Positions 1 through 9,654 of a stretch of DNA of 64,000 nt are shown piece after piece. The stretch spans positions 2,678 through 66,677 of the forward strand of contig JBGCFN010000036.1 in NCBI GenBank assembly GCA_045106935.1, in the 5' to 3' direction. The position numbers were made by a program, and so were the translations under genes. Under the pieces are notes generated by a model, which ran no database searches, was not told the origin of the DNA, and saw only the letters and a program-made list of their open reading frames with translations. This stretch comes from Gammaproteobacteria bacterium (GTDB lineage: Bacteria > Pseudomonadota > Gammaproteobacteria > UBA4575). How positions within the stretch are numbered: the stretch's first letter is position 1; every line of letters begins with the position of its first letter.

Positions 1-2290
1 CAACAACAGAATCATGAGCAATTGATGTAGTAGCGGCTGCTGATGTATTACTAGATGCATCAGTTGCAGTTGCGCTGATATTAATATTGCCTTGGTTCAA
101 TCCGCTAATATCAGCTTCACTTCCGATCAATGACCAATTACCCAAAACATCAGTCACAACAGATACTGATACGACTGGATTTACCCCATCATCAAACACA
201 ACCATTACCGTACTAAATGGCTCAGCTGTTCCACTCACCAAGACATCATTATCTTCAGCACCACTCGCAATATTATCCACCTCGATCGGTGAAGTAATCG
301 TAGGCTGAGCAGGCGCATTTGTATCATTAATGACGATAGTCGTGGTGGCAGCATTACTATTTGTGACACCGTCATTCAAAATGATGTCAATAGTTCTGTC
401 AGTGATAACAGTTGGAGAAGCTAAAGTATTATTAAATTGAATTTGCTGTAATGCTGCTTGCCAATTTGCTTCACTTTGGACTCCAATAGCCGCGATTGTG
501 ATACTACTCGTACCACTTCCGGTGACAGTAAAGTTTGCAGCATTAACACCAGCATTAATCAACTGATCGCCTAAGGCAGCATTGGTTAAATTAATGGTGG
601 CAGTTTGTATTGAGGTACTAACATCGTAGTTAGTTATATCGACATCGGTATCGACAATTGCAATGCCGCCACTTCCATCTGTAAAGGTCGCACTATAATC
701 AAAACCTGTTGTTCCACTACTATCATTTGCATCATTGTCTAATGTTAATGAGCCACCAAAGTGCCCAATAAATGCAGCACTATCCAATGCTGAGTCAGCT
801 TGGTCAGCAATGACAAATTTAACTGTATAATTTGAACCTGCCCCGAAACCAGACAAAGTATCGAGATCAAGCGTTGCTGTTAACACTGCCGTGTTCGCAG
901 TTGTTTCTACATTAGCACCGGAATCAGGGGTATTAACAAGAAAACCACCACTAGTGTATTCGGTTTGAATATCATGCGATGTTAACGTAGTGGTAATACC
1001 TGTCGTTTGATCAGTAATAAAGACGCCAAAAACATCAGTAAAGTTTGGCGCAAAACCTGTTGTCTCTTCAGTAGCAAAAATGTATTGCACTGAAATTTTT
1101 CGTACATCAGACGTAAAATCATACGTCAATGTGCCTACATCATTCTGATCTAAGTTTGGTGCTACCGTATCTAGATCGGTATCATCGACAATAGTACTCG
1201 CATTATTAGTGCTGAATCCAAAGTTACCCGCGCCATTTGCATCACCCGGCAACTGATTTATATTACCTGTAGATACAACCACACCTGAAGCCAATGTTCG
1301 TCCATTACTATCTTGAAAGTTAGTAAATGTCCCGATGGCTATTGCATCAGAATTTGGCGTCGCATCGGCCGGCAATGTGGTATTGATACCATTACCTGGT
1401 GCTGACACTGTATCCACAATGGTCGCATCAGTCGCTGTGTTGCCATCTGAGACAGTCAGCATTAATGTCTGCTGCCAATCAATTGCTGCCAAACTTTCTG
1501 CCAACTGACTACTTGCAATCTGACCTACTTCTACTTCTAAATCCCAATCACCACCTAAAGAAGCAGCACCGGTTAAATCGTCAGAAGCAGCAATATCTGC
1601 GCCGGTGGCTTGTGATAGTGCATTAGTGGCGGCTCGACCAATTTCACCTTCACTAAAATTACATCCATATACTAATATATCTGCATCTGCTGATAACGCT
1701 TGACCTATCGTGAGCAATTCATCTGCATACTCACCTTGTATTGATGCATGTGTTAACGAAGAATTTCCTAAATTTAAACGCCCCGCATCCCCATGCGAAA
1801 TAATATGAATCGCGTCTATATCACTACGCTCTTGCAATACGTCTGCAATGAATTCAACACCATCTTTATCGCTTTCAATTAATATCACTTCGGCAGAGGC
1901 ATCTATCCCCTGCAATAAATCTTCATAACCTTCGACTGATCTATCTATAAATACAATTTCGGTACGATCACTTGACGATGGACTCAAACTAAGCGCTTCT
2001 TTTAAAGCATCTTGCTGTTGTTGAACAATAGGAGGTGTTTTTACATCGTCGCTGAGAACCGCTTCATTTGCTTGTTCCGCAGCCACTTGATCAGCCAGCA
2101 CATCTGCAGTCGACGCAACACCCGCCGCATCTAGCATAATGCGTGGTTCCAGCGCTTCTAATGATTGACCAATAGAATCATAAGACAGAGACGAGCGAAT
2201 ATTATTGCCCGTGCCTTCTGATTCTTTAGAAGTATCAGATATTTTCTGCTGACGAAGATGTTTTGGTAACCAACCTAGTACTTTTTTCAT
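1..2290 (-). CDS. Giant secreted adhesin / repeat protein, N-terminal about 763 aa only. The ORF runs off the left edge, so it has no in-window stop and is absent from the ORF track.
   Basis: My own minus-strand translation from the ATG at 2290 gives MKKVLGWLPKHLRQQ...SLEALEPRIMLDAAGVAS. It continues IVFIDRSVEGYEDLL...DAIHIISHGDAGRLNLG...DILVYGCNFSEGEIGRAATNALSQATGADIAASDDLTGAASLGGDWDLEV, a DUF4347-type module of type-1-secreted giant adhesins. A choice-of-anchor-L-like segment follows (VQYIFATEETTGFAPNFTDVFGVFI...FVIADQADSALDSAAFIG), then T/S/D/N-rich Ig-like repeats. I checked the frame base by base at 2101-2290 and 1-60 and found it open. Confidence 0.8.
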   Translation of the reverse strand, partial: MKKVLGWLPKHLRQQKISDTSKESEGTGNNIRSSLSYDSIGQSLEALEPRIMLDAAGVASTADVLADQVAAEQANEAVLSDDVKTPPIVQQQQDALKEALSLSPSSSDRTEIVFIDRSVEGYEDLLQGIDASAEVILIESDKDGVEFIADVLQERSDIDAIHIISHGDAGRLNLGNSSLTHASIQGEYADELLTIGQALSADADILVYGCNFSEGEIGRAATNALSQATGADIAASDDLTGAASLGGDWDLEVEVGQIASSQLAESLAAIDWQQTLMLTVSDGNTATDATIVDTVSAPGNGINTTLPADATPNSDAIAIGTFTNFQDSNGRTLASGVVVSTGNINQLPGDANGAGNFGFSTNNASTIVDDTDLDTVAPNLDQNDVGTLTYDFTSDVRKISVQYIFATEETTGFAPNFTDVFGVFITDQTTGITTTLTSHDIQTEYTSGGFLVNTPDSGANVETTANTAVLTATLDLDTLSGFGAGSNYTVKFVIADQADSALDSAAFIGHFGGSLTLDNDANDSSGTTGFDYSATFTDGSGGIAIVDTDVDITNYDVSTSIQTATINLTNAALGDQLINAGVNAANFTVTGSGTSSITIAAIGVQSEANWQAALQQIQFNNTLASPTVITDRTIDIILNDGVTNSNAATTTIVINDTNAPAQPTITSPIEVDNIASGAEDNDVLVSGTAEPFSTVMVVFDDGVNPVVSVSVVTDVLGNWSLIGSEADISGLNQGNINISATATDASSNTSAAATTSIAHDSVV

Positions 2291-2372
2291 ACTCTTTCTT
2301 TTTCAATAAATTATTGTGCGTGCAAACTATACATACGGCCCCAGTAGCACATTAAGATGAAATCCACGAAAG

Positions 2373-2539
2373 ACACAGATTTATTGTGTAATTGGCGCCT
2401 AATGGTTAGTTTTTAGAGACGAAACACCCTAAAGTTTTTGAATTAGCCGCCACGGCGGTACGATTTATAGCCGCTTGAACACATAATTTATGTGATAAAG
2501 TTCACATTATATCTCTGATTTTACACAGATTTATGTGTA
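2373..2539. promoter_or_regulatory. Three CACA...TGTG inverted repeats upstream of the adhesin gene (candidate operators).
   Basis: ACACA-N7-TGTGT at 2373-2389, CACATA-ATT-TATGTG at 2480-2494, TACACA-GATTTA-TGTGTA at 2522-2539. Sites 1 and 3 share ACACAGATTTAT(T)GTGTA. Confidence 0.4.
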
Positions 2540-2633
2540 TTACTTGCAGATATTTGACTAGTTTAATACAGATAAGTTTTATGGAAATGTCACAAATTGT
2601 GAACATATGTGGGTGGCGGGAATTAGCAATTAT

Positions 2634-3227
2634 TTATTTTAACCATTGCTGTCGAATATTGTCACGATTTATAAGAAACCATTGCAACCCGATAATGGCA
2701 ATGGCGGATCTTATTTCACCCGTGGATAACATGTAAGGGATATCACTAGCAGGAACAACGATGATTTTAATATCTTCACCTTCAACTTCAAGCCCACCCG
2801 TTTTGGCGACGTTAGCCACTGAGATTTTGCCTATGTATAAGTCGACCCATTCAGAGTTCCCGCCAGGTGTTGTATAAAAGCCTGCAATCTTACTTAACTC
2901 ATCTGGCTTACAGCCAATCTCTTCTTGGGATTCTCTTTTAACTACCTGCTCAGGCGATTCATTTTCTTCAACCAAGCCTGCTACAATTTCAATTAACCAT
3001 GGCTGCTGTTCTTCAATTGCTCCGACACGAAATTGCTCAACAAATATCACTTCATCAGTGACAGGGTCATATGCAACCATTGCAACTGCATTGTTCCTGT
3101 TGACTAATTCACGATGTAATAATGGGGTAACACCACCATTATATTTTTCATGTGATAACTCATATTTTGTTACAGCAAAATGACCTTCATATGCAAGTTG
3201 TGATTTATGAATTTTCCAATCCATCAA
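2634..3227 (-). CDS. nudF: ADP-ribose pyrophosphatase (Nudix hydrolase).
   Basis: Nudix box GLVEENESPEQVVKRESQEEIGC. NudF-like length and layout. 4-nt overlap with the upstream gene. Confidence 0.8.
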   Translation of the reverse strand: MMDWKIHKSQLAYEGHFAVTKYELSHEKYNGGVTPLLHRELVNRNNAVAMVAYDPVTDEVIFVEQFRVGAIEEQQPWLIEIVAGLVEENESPEQVVKRESQEEIGCKPDELSKIAGFYTTPGGNSEWVDLYIGKISVANVAKTGGLEVEGEDIKIIVVPASDIPYMLSTGEIRSAIAIIGLQWFLINRDNIRQQWLK

Positions 3228-4783
3228 TCATCCAATTCTTCCAACACATGTTCTGCAAAACCATGTCCTGCTTCAGCATATAAATTAAATGCGATACAAC
3301 CCATTTTCTCTAACTCCAGTTGCTCATCAGGGAATCTTGATACAACAGCTAACACATTGTTATAACCCAATTGTCTTGCAATTTTTACAATATACATATT
3401 TTCACGATGACTAGATAAGCAGACAAATATCTTTTCGCTTGATACAAGATCGGTTGCTCGCCAAAATTCATAGTCACTTCCATCACCACGCAAACAACGC
3501 ACTCCTTGACTATTTAGCTTATCCACCGTTTTTGATTCTTCGTCAACACCTACGATATCACCCTCAAATTTCATTGAAAGAGATTCATAAGCACCTTGTC
3601 CGACACGGCCCATCCCCAGAATAACTATCTTGGAATTAGCAAGATTAGGTAACGCCTCTTGTTTAAGTTTTTGCTCACGCTCAAAACGACTCAATCTATC
3701 ACTATATTTCCCAAATATACTATGAACACGCGTATTGAAAGGAGTAGAAATAAAGAATGAGATTGACATAGCTAGCGCTAAGGTCGTCAACCATTCTGCA
3801 GAAAGTAATCCGTTACCAACCGCTATTGCCCCCACGATCAAACCGAATTCACTGTAGTTAAATAAAGCAATACCCGATAAAAATGCTGTTCTGGATCTTA
3901 ATTTAAATGCCACCAGTAAGAAATAATAGATAAGTGGACGCAAAAATATTAGTAACGCCAAACTTGCTGCAACAAACAACATTTCAACAGACGGTAATCC
4001 ATAGTAACCAATTTGAAGAAAGAAGCCGATCAAGAAAAGATCCTTTAAGTTTAATAAATTTTTATATAATTCATTTGATTTCTCAGTATTGCCAAGCAGC
4101 ACTCCAAAAAGAAGCGCTCCCAAACCGCCTTTCAAGTTAAATAATTCAAACAATTCTGCTGCACCCACTGCCGCAACAACACCAAACAACACAAGCAACT
4201 CGCCATGGCCGGTTAGGCGCATCAAATAAAGTAACGCTGGCCTTACAAGAGGTAATGCAAATAATATGATTGCAGCAGGCTCAATCGACTTATCCGAAGT
4301 AAAGACCAAATAACACACCGCAAATAAATCTTGAATAACCAGAATTCCAATAGCAATTGACGCATGCAATGATGCGCTCTCACCTCTTTCATCAAATATT
4401 TTTACAGCGAAAACAGTACTGGAAAATGACAATGCAAATGCAAGTGTCCATGCAGCGATGGAATCCTCAATTGCCAAGGCTGGCATCCAGAAGCCCGCTG
4501 CCATAATGACAGGGACAGTGAGCACAACTGCAATCACCATATGCAATGTTGCAACACCCCAAACATGAGGTGATGCCAATGATTTTAAATTTAACTTAAG
4601 ACCGATTGTAAATAATAAAAGCAGAATGCCGATATCGGCATAGGGAGCAATATGCTCTACATTACCTATCCCCAATTCATGCGCAACAAAGCCTGATAAC
4701 AGATAACCAAGAAGTGGCGGATAGTTAAACTTACGGAATATTAACCCTGCGATTAATGCAACGAGTATGACAACAGCATCCAT
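3224..4783 (-). CDS. CPA2-family monovalent cation:proton antiporter with a C-terminal TrkA-N domain (KefB/YbaL-like).
   Basis: Polytopic Na+/H+-exchanger-type N-terminal region followed by a Rossmann motif, ILGMGRVGQG. Confidence 0.8.
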   Translation of the reverse strand: MDAVVILVALIAGLIFRKFNYPPLLGYLLSGFVAHELGIGNVEHIAPYADIGILLLLFTIGLKLNLKSLASPHVWGVATLHMVIAVVLTVPVIMAAGFWMPALAIEDSIAAWTLAFALSFSSTVFAVKIFDERGESASLHASIAIGILVIQDLFAVCYLVFTSDKSIEPAAIILFALPLVRPALLYLMRLTGHGELLVLFGVVAAVGAAELFELFNLKGGLGALLFGVLLGNTEKSNELYKNLLNLKDLFLIGFFLQIGYYGLPSVEMLFVAASLALLIFLRPLIYYFLLVAFKLRSRTAFLSGIALFNYSEFGLIVGAIAVGNGLLSAEWLTTLALAMSISFFISTPFNTRVHSIFGKYSDRLSRFEREQKLKQEALPNLANSKIVILGMGRVGQGAYESLSMKFEGDIVGVDEESKTVDKLNSQGVRCLRGDGSDYEFWRATDLVSSEKIFVCLSSHRENMYIVKIARQLGYNNVLAVVSRFPDEQLELEKMGCIAFNLYAEAGHGFAEHVLEELDD

Positions 4784-4940
4784 ATTATTTTCCTAGATTA
4801 ACAGTCTTAAATGTCGATTTAATCAATCGAAATATTGTTAGTAAGTTTTACATCATTATTAAATTAATCGATTAGGAATATATCGGCCAATAAAGCAAAT
4901 TAATTATTCAAGCTGCCTCTCATCCAGGAGTTATACTTCC

Positions 4941-5393
4941 TTAGAAACCTTTAGTATTTTTCTCTACCCATCGTCCTTGTTCTTGTGCGTCTTGTCCTAA
5001 CTTTTCTTTCTTCCAAAAAGGCGCTTTTGACTTAAGCGCTTCCATTATCATTCTATTTGCTTCATAAGCTTCCTTACGATGCGAAGACCATACTGCGACA
5101 CAAACAATCGGGTCACCTGGGAAAATATCACCCACACGATGAGCAATACATACATCAATGAGTTCCCATTGATTTATGACCTGTTGAATAATTTTTTCTA
5201 AACTTTTTTCTGTCATCCCAGGATAATGCTCAAGAAACATTGAAGTCACGTCATCACCTTGATTAAAATCACGCATCGTTCCCACAAAAACAGAGGTTGC
5301 ACCAAAATTATGCTGTAAGTTCGCCTGCTCATTTTGGTAAGCTTGCACCCATTCCCAAGGATTATATGGTTGACTAAAAATTTCTACTTTCAT
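4941..5393 (-). CDS. moaE: Molybdopterin synthase catalytic subunit MoaE.
   Basis: MoaE-like VGTMRDFNQG...LEHYPGM...IAHRVGDIFPGDPIVCVAVWSSHRKEAYEA...APFWKKE. I prefer the ATG at 5393 (MKVEIF) over the TTG-extended track ORF. Confidence 0.85.
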   Translation of the reverse strand: MKVEIFSQPYNPWEWVQAYQNEQANLQHNFGATSVFVGTMRDFNQGDDVTSMFLEHYPGMTEKSLEKIIQQVINQWELIDVCIAHRVGDIFPGDPIVCVAVWSSHRKEAYEANRMIMEALKSKAPFWKKEKLGQDAQEQGRWVEKNTKGF

Positions 5394-5495
5394 TTGACTA
5401 TCATATATTTCATATTTAATCGCTGCTGACAGCAAATATTTGGCTTATAGTAGACAACATAATAATCGTTTTAGAAAAGAATCTATACACCACTC

Positions 5496-5717
5496 ATGAA
5501 AACTGTATTGCATGCTTTGAATTCATTAGAAGCACACATTATTAAAGGCTTGCTAGAAAGCGAAGGGATTGCCTCCAATGTGGTGGGCGAATATCTCCAG
5601 GGTGCAATGGGGGAATTGCCAGCAAATGGATTAATTAGAGTGATCGTCGATGAAAATGATTATGAACAAGCCTCAGCGGTCATTGATAATTGGCGCGAAG
5701 CAAAATTTAGCGCTTAA
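5496..5717 (+). CDS. Small DUF2007-like protein.
   Basis: 73 aa with a pattern typical of DUF2007 (HIIKGLLESEGI ... VDENDYEQA). No stronger evidence. Confidence 0.5.
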   Translation: MKTVLHALNSLEAHIIKGLLESEGIASNVVGEYLQGAMGELPANGLIRVIVDENDYEQASAVIDNWREAKFSA

Positions 5718-5730
5718 ATAGAGAAAATGT

Positions 5731-6255
5731 ATGATTGATAAAAACAGAGAACTCATCCCTTTATCCATTGCCGTGCTGACCATTTCAGACTCACGTACCG
5801 AAAAGGATGACAAGTCAGGAAATTTATTAGTCGCACGTCTAGAAGACGCGGGACATATTTTATGTGACAAAAAAATTGTTAAGGATGATATTTATCAAAT
5901 ACGTGCCACTGTTTCACGCTGGATTGCTGATGAAAAACCGCAAGTCATACTGACTACCGGAGGGACAGGTGTTACTGGTCGAGATGGCACACCAGAAGCA
6001 GTAAAACCTTTACTTGATAAAGAAATAGACGGTTTTGGTGAAATGTTTAGAGTGTTATCTTTCGAGTCGATTGCGACTTCAACTTTACAATCTCGCGCCA
6101 CAGCTGGTGTGGCTAACGGTACCTATATTTTCTGCTTACCCGGTTCTTGCGGTGCTTGCGCAGATGCCTGGGATAAATTAATCAATCAACAGTTAGATTA
6201 TCGCCATCGCCCGTGTAATTTAGTTGAATTAATTCCCCGCTTACTAGAGAAGTAA
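5731..6255 (+). CDS. moaB: Molybdenum cofactor biosynthesis protein B (MoaB/Mog fold).
   Basis: TTGGTGVTGRDGTPEA motif, 174 aa. Confidence 0.85.
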   Translation: MIDKNRELIPLSIAVLTISDSRTEKDDKSGNLLVARLEDAGHILCDKKIVKDDIYQIRATVSRWIADEKPQVILTTGGTGVTGRDGTPEAVKPLLDKEIDGFGEMFRVLSFESIATSTLQSRATAGVANGTYIFCLPGSCGACADAWDKLINQQLDYRHRPCNLVELIPRLLEK

Positions 6256-6257
6256 CA

Positions 6258-6644
6258 TCACACACGGTTACGAATATAACCTGCTAACTCGAAAAACGAT
6301 TTTGTCAGTTCTTTTTGTAACGGCTCATCGTAGTGAAGTTCACGCATAGCCGTTGTCATACAATGCATCCATTGATCTCGCGCATCAACCCCTATATCTA
6401 AATGTTGATGACGCCTTTTAATCCATTCAGGATTAACATATTGTTCACCGAATAATTTGGGCCCACCAAACCATTCACAAAGATAATTCGCTAATCGCTT
6501 GCGTGAACGCGTAAGGTCATCTGGATGCATAGTGAGAACATCGTTAGCAAATGCATCTCTTTGCATGACATCATAAAATTGATGCGCAAGTTTTGTTACG
6601 GCAGTTTGACCACCAATCCGCTCATATAAAGTAACTGCATCCAA
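6258..6644 (-). CDS. glbO: Group-II truncated haemoglobin.
   Basis: 128 aa with LYERIGG...FYDVM...RHQHLDIG, the layout of 2-on-2 haemoglobins. Sits directly downstream of moaA on the same strand. Confidence 0.7.
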   Translation of the reverse strand: MDAVTLYERIGGQTAVTKLAHQFYDVMQRDAFANDVLTMHPDDLTRSRKRLANYLCEWFGGPKLFGEQYVNPEWIKRRHQHLDIGVDARDQWMHCMTTAMRELHYDEPLQKELTKSFFELAGYIRNRV

Positions 6645-6650
6645 TGTGGA

Positions 6651-7664
6651 TTATCCGCCGATATAAGACATCTCAACCTTGTGAACTTCAGCGCTATGTT
6701 CACCCCTTAATTCAGAATAACGATCTGTTCGGCCTTTCCACGTATTTGCAATGACTTCATTAATAAATTCATCAGAAGCACCTTCTCGTAATAAGCGGCG
6801 TAAATCCACTCCTTGAGATGCAAATAAACAAGTGTAAATACTGCCTTCAGCAGATAATCGTAACCGATTACAGTCTCCACAAAACGCCTGTGTAACTGAA
6901 GTAATTATCCCAATTTCGCCACCTCCATCTTGATAGCGCCAACGCTTTGCAACCTCGCCCTTATAGTGTGGGTCAACAGGTTCTATGGGAAATTTCTTCT
7001 GAATGCTATCAATGATTTCTTGCCCTGAAACAACTTGATCCATATTCCAGCCATTAGTATTTCCCACATCCATGAATTCAATAAAGCGCAATATATTTCC
7101 AGTGCCTTTGAAGTATTCGGCCATTGATAAAATATCATGCTCGTTGACACCTTTTTGCACGACCATGTTTACTTTGACACTATCAAAGCCTGCCGCACGT
7201 GCATTATCAATCCCGTCTAATACTTTTTGCACAGACACATTCATATCATTCATGCGCACAAAAGTATCTTGATCGATAGCATCAAGACTAACCGTAATTC
7301 GATCGAGTCCTGCTTCTTTGAGTTGTTTTGCTCTTCTCAACGTTAACAATGAAGCATTTGTTGTCAACGCGATATCTTCAACACCTGAAATACTACTCAA
7401 CTCCGTGACTAAAACATCAAGGTTTTTGCGTAACATTGGCTCGCCACCGGTTAGACGTAGCTTACGCACGCCTTGTTGAACAAATAATTCTGCTAGACGT
7501 GTGATTTCTTCAAATGACAGCAAATCATCACGCACTAAGAATTGATAGTCTGAGTTAAAGACTTTTTTAGGCATGCAATAAGTACAGCGGAAATTACAAC
7601 GGTCCGTCACCGAAATTCGTAAATCTCGCATATTGCGATTAAATTGGTCGTTCAATTCAGTCAT
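6651..7664 (-). CDS. moaA: GTP 3',8-cyclase MoaA (radical SAM).
   Basis: CNFRCTYCMP radical-SAM cluster motif, C-terminal CGDCNRLRLSAEG second cluster, terminal GG. Confidence 0.95.
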   Translation of the reverse strand: MTELNDQFNRNMRDLRISVTDRCNFRCTYCMPKKVFNSDYQFLVRDDLLSFEEITRLAELFVQQGVRKLRLTGGEPMLRKNLDVLVTELSSISGVEDIALTTNASLLTLRRAKQLKEAGLDRITVSLDAIDQDTFVRMNDMNVSVQKVLDGIDNARAAGFDSVKVNMVVQKGVNEHDILSMAEYFKGTGNILRFIEFMDVGNTNGWNMDQVVSGQEIIDSIQKKFPIEPVDPHYKGEVAKRWRYQDGGGEIGIITSVTQAFCGDCNRLRLSAEGSIYTCLFASQGVDLRRLLREGASDEFINEVIANTWKGRTDRYSELRGEHSAEVHKVEMSYIGG

Positions 7665-7710
7665 GTGTACTATTCATTACAAATAAATTTGCAGGATTTT
7701 ACTTTAGCCT

Positions 7711-9219
7711 ATGCAATTCGCCGTTCAACGCATTGGATTCTTCGCCGGACCTCTGGTCGCGTTATGCCTATACTTTGCCTTACCTGACCAATATGTCGAT
7801 ACCCATAAAGCGTTAATTCCACTCACATTCTCCGCAAAAACAACACTTTGCATGACAGTGTGGATGGCGATCTGGTGGCTGTCGGAGGCGATTGACATCA
7901 GTGCAACCGCACTGCTTCCTATCGCCATGTTTCCCTTACTTGGCATCGCTGATATTAAAGCAACAACCGCCCCCTATGCCTCACATCTAATTTTCTTATT
8001 CATGGGTGGTTTTCTGATCGCTCTCGCCATGCAGCGATGGAAATTAGATCATAGATTAGCCAATACTGTCTTAGCAATGGTGGGAAAAAATCCATTTAAG
8101 ATTATCGCAGGATTCATGGCTTCAACAGCTGTGCTTAGCGCCTTTATTTCAAACACTGCCACGACCGCTGTGATGTTACCGATTGGCTTAAGCATCATCG
8201 CACTATATACAAGCCAAGAAAAAGACAGCTTTGCTAACATCAATCACCACAATTTTGCTCGCTGCATGATGCTTGGCATTGCCTATTCCGCATCCGTCGG
8301 TGGCACAATGACCTTGATTGGCACCGCGCCTAATCTTTTCTTAGCTAGTTTTCTTGAAGACGGTATTAGTAACGAATACCAGCTCGAGATTAGTTTTGTT
8401 AAATGGTTGTCATTTTCTGCACCACTAGCCTTAATTTTCTTACCCATTATTTGGTTAGTGCTGACTAAATTCGTTTTTCCATTCAAAGCTGACGCACTTA
8501 ATCAACAGTCAGAAAATCTTTCTGGCCAACAAAGCAAAATGGATCGTGGACAAAAAATAACGATCACTGTGTTTATCGCCACTGTCATCATTTGGATAAC
8601 TCGACCATTACTTCAAGACTTAACAATCACATTAAACCAACAAACCTTCCAGCCCTTGCACCAACTCAGCGATCCTGGCATTGCAATGCTAGCGGCTATG
8701 TTACTGTTTATTATTCCAGTCAACTTCAAGCAAAAGATTTTTGTTTTAGATTGGCCAACCGCTAAAAAACTTCCTTGGGGAATATTTATTTTATTTGGCG
8801 GTGGATTAACGCTAGCAAAAGCAATAAAAACAAACGGCGTAGCAGAATATATTGCCTCACAAGCACTTTTTCTTCAGAACGTTCCAGAAATACTATTTGT
8901 TTTGATCATCTGTGCCAGCGTCATCTTTCTAACTGAATTAACTTCAAACACAGCCACTACAGCCACTTTAGTGCCAATATTAGCGGGTATAGCGATTGGC
9001 GCAGGTATGCACCCATACTTATTGATATTCCCAGCAACAATAGCCGCTAGCTTCGCATTTATGATGCCTATAGCAACGCCACCAAACGCAATTATCTTTG
9101 GCTCAGGTCACATTACTATTCCAGAAATGTGTAAAGCTGGGTTATGGTTAAATATAATCGGCATACTATTAATAACTGCCTTTACTTATCTAGTGTTCAA
9201 ACCGGTGATTGGCTTTTAA
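7711..9219 (+). CDS. DASS/SLC13-family anion:Na+ symporter.
   Basis: Polytopic 502 aa with duplicated SNTATTA hairpin motifs (FISNTATTAVMLPI and LTSNTATTATLVPI). Confidence 0.8.
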   Translation: MQFAVQRIGFFAGPLVALCLYFALPDQYVDTHKALIPLTFSAKTTLCMTVWMAIWWLSEAIDISATALLPIAMFPLLGIADIKATTAPYASHLIFLFMGGFLIALAMQRWKLDHRLANTVLAMVGKNPFKIIAGFMASTAVLSAFISNTATTAVMLPIGLSIIALYTSQEKDSFANINHHNFARCMMLGIAYSASVGGTMTLIGTAPNLFLASFLEDGISNEYQLEISFVKWLSFSAPLALIFLPIIWLVLTKFVFPFKADALNQQSENLSGQQSKMDRGQKITITVFIATVIIWITRPLLQDLTITLNQQTFQPLHQLSDPGIAMLAAMLLFIIPVNFKQKIFVLDWPTAKKLPWGIFILFGGGLTLAKAIKTNGVAEYIASQALFLQNVPEILFVLIICASVIFLTELTSNTATTATLVPILAGIAIGAGMHPYLLIFPATIAASFAFMMPIATPPNAIIFGSGHITIPEMCKAGLWLNIIGILLITAFTYLVFKPVIGF

Positions 9220-9246
9220 TTCAAATCAATTACCCAACACTTTTAA

Positions 9247-9531
9247 TTATTCATCCCATCCGTAATCGTGAAACAGCTCCTCACTCTTCTTGATATTCCT
9301 GAGTGCAACCACTGTAAAATCATCATAATAAACAACGTTAGGTTGACTAGAGTGATTAATAAAACGTAAATCACATTTTACGTCGAAAGGTTTATCCTTG
9401 ACCCATAGAGTATAAAGATTCGTTTCTTTAGATTTTTTGACTTTGCATTTACCAATAACAGTATCTTTACGAATTTTTTTAGCACTAAACAATCCTTTCC
9501 CGTGGATCTCACTCTTCTTAACTTTTATCAT
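9247..9531 (-). CDS. Minimal SET-domain protein (putative lysine methyltransferase).
   Basis: HGKGLF (GxG), INHSSQPN (NHSxxPN) and ELFHDYG (ELxxDY) motifs in only 94 aa. Confidence 0.7.
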   Translation of the reverse strand: MIKVKKSEIHGKGLFSAKKIRKDTVIGKCKVKKSKETNLYTLWVKDKPFDVKCDLRFINHSSQPNVVYYDDFTVVALRNIKKSEELFHDYGWDE

Positions 9532-9654
9532 GAATAATTCCGTTTATTTCTTTCCGTTTTAATTCTGCAAATCTAAATTATCTGTCTAAACACAGACCCA
9601 AGCATACTAATATATTACATGACAAATTACGCAGTTCACAGTCACAACAAATTT

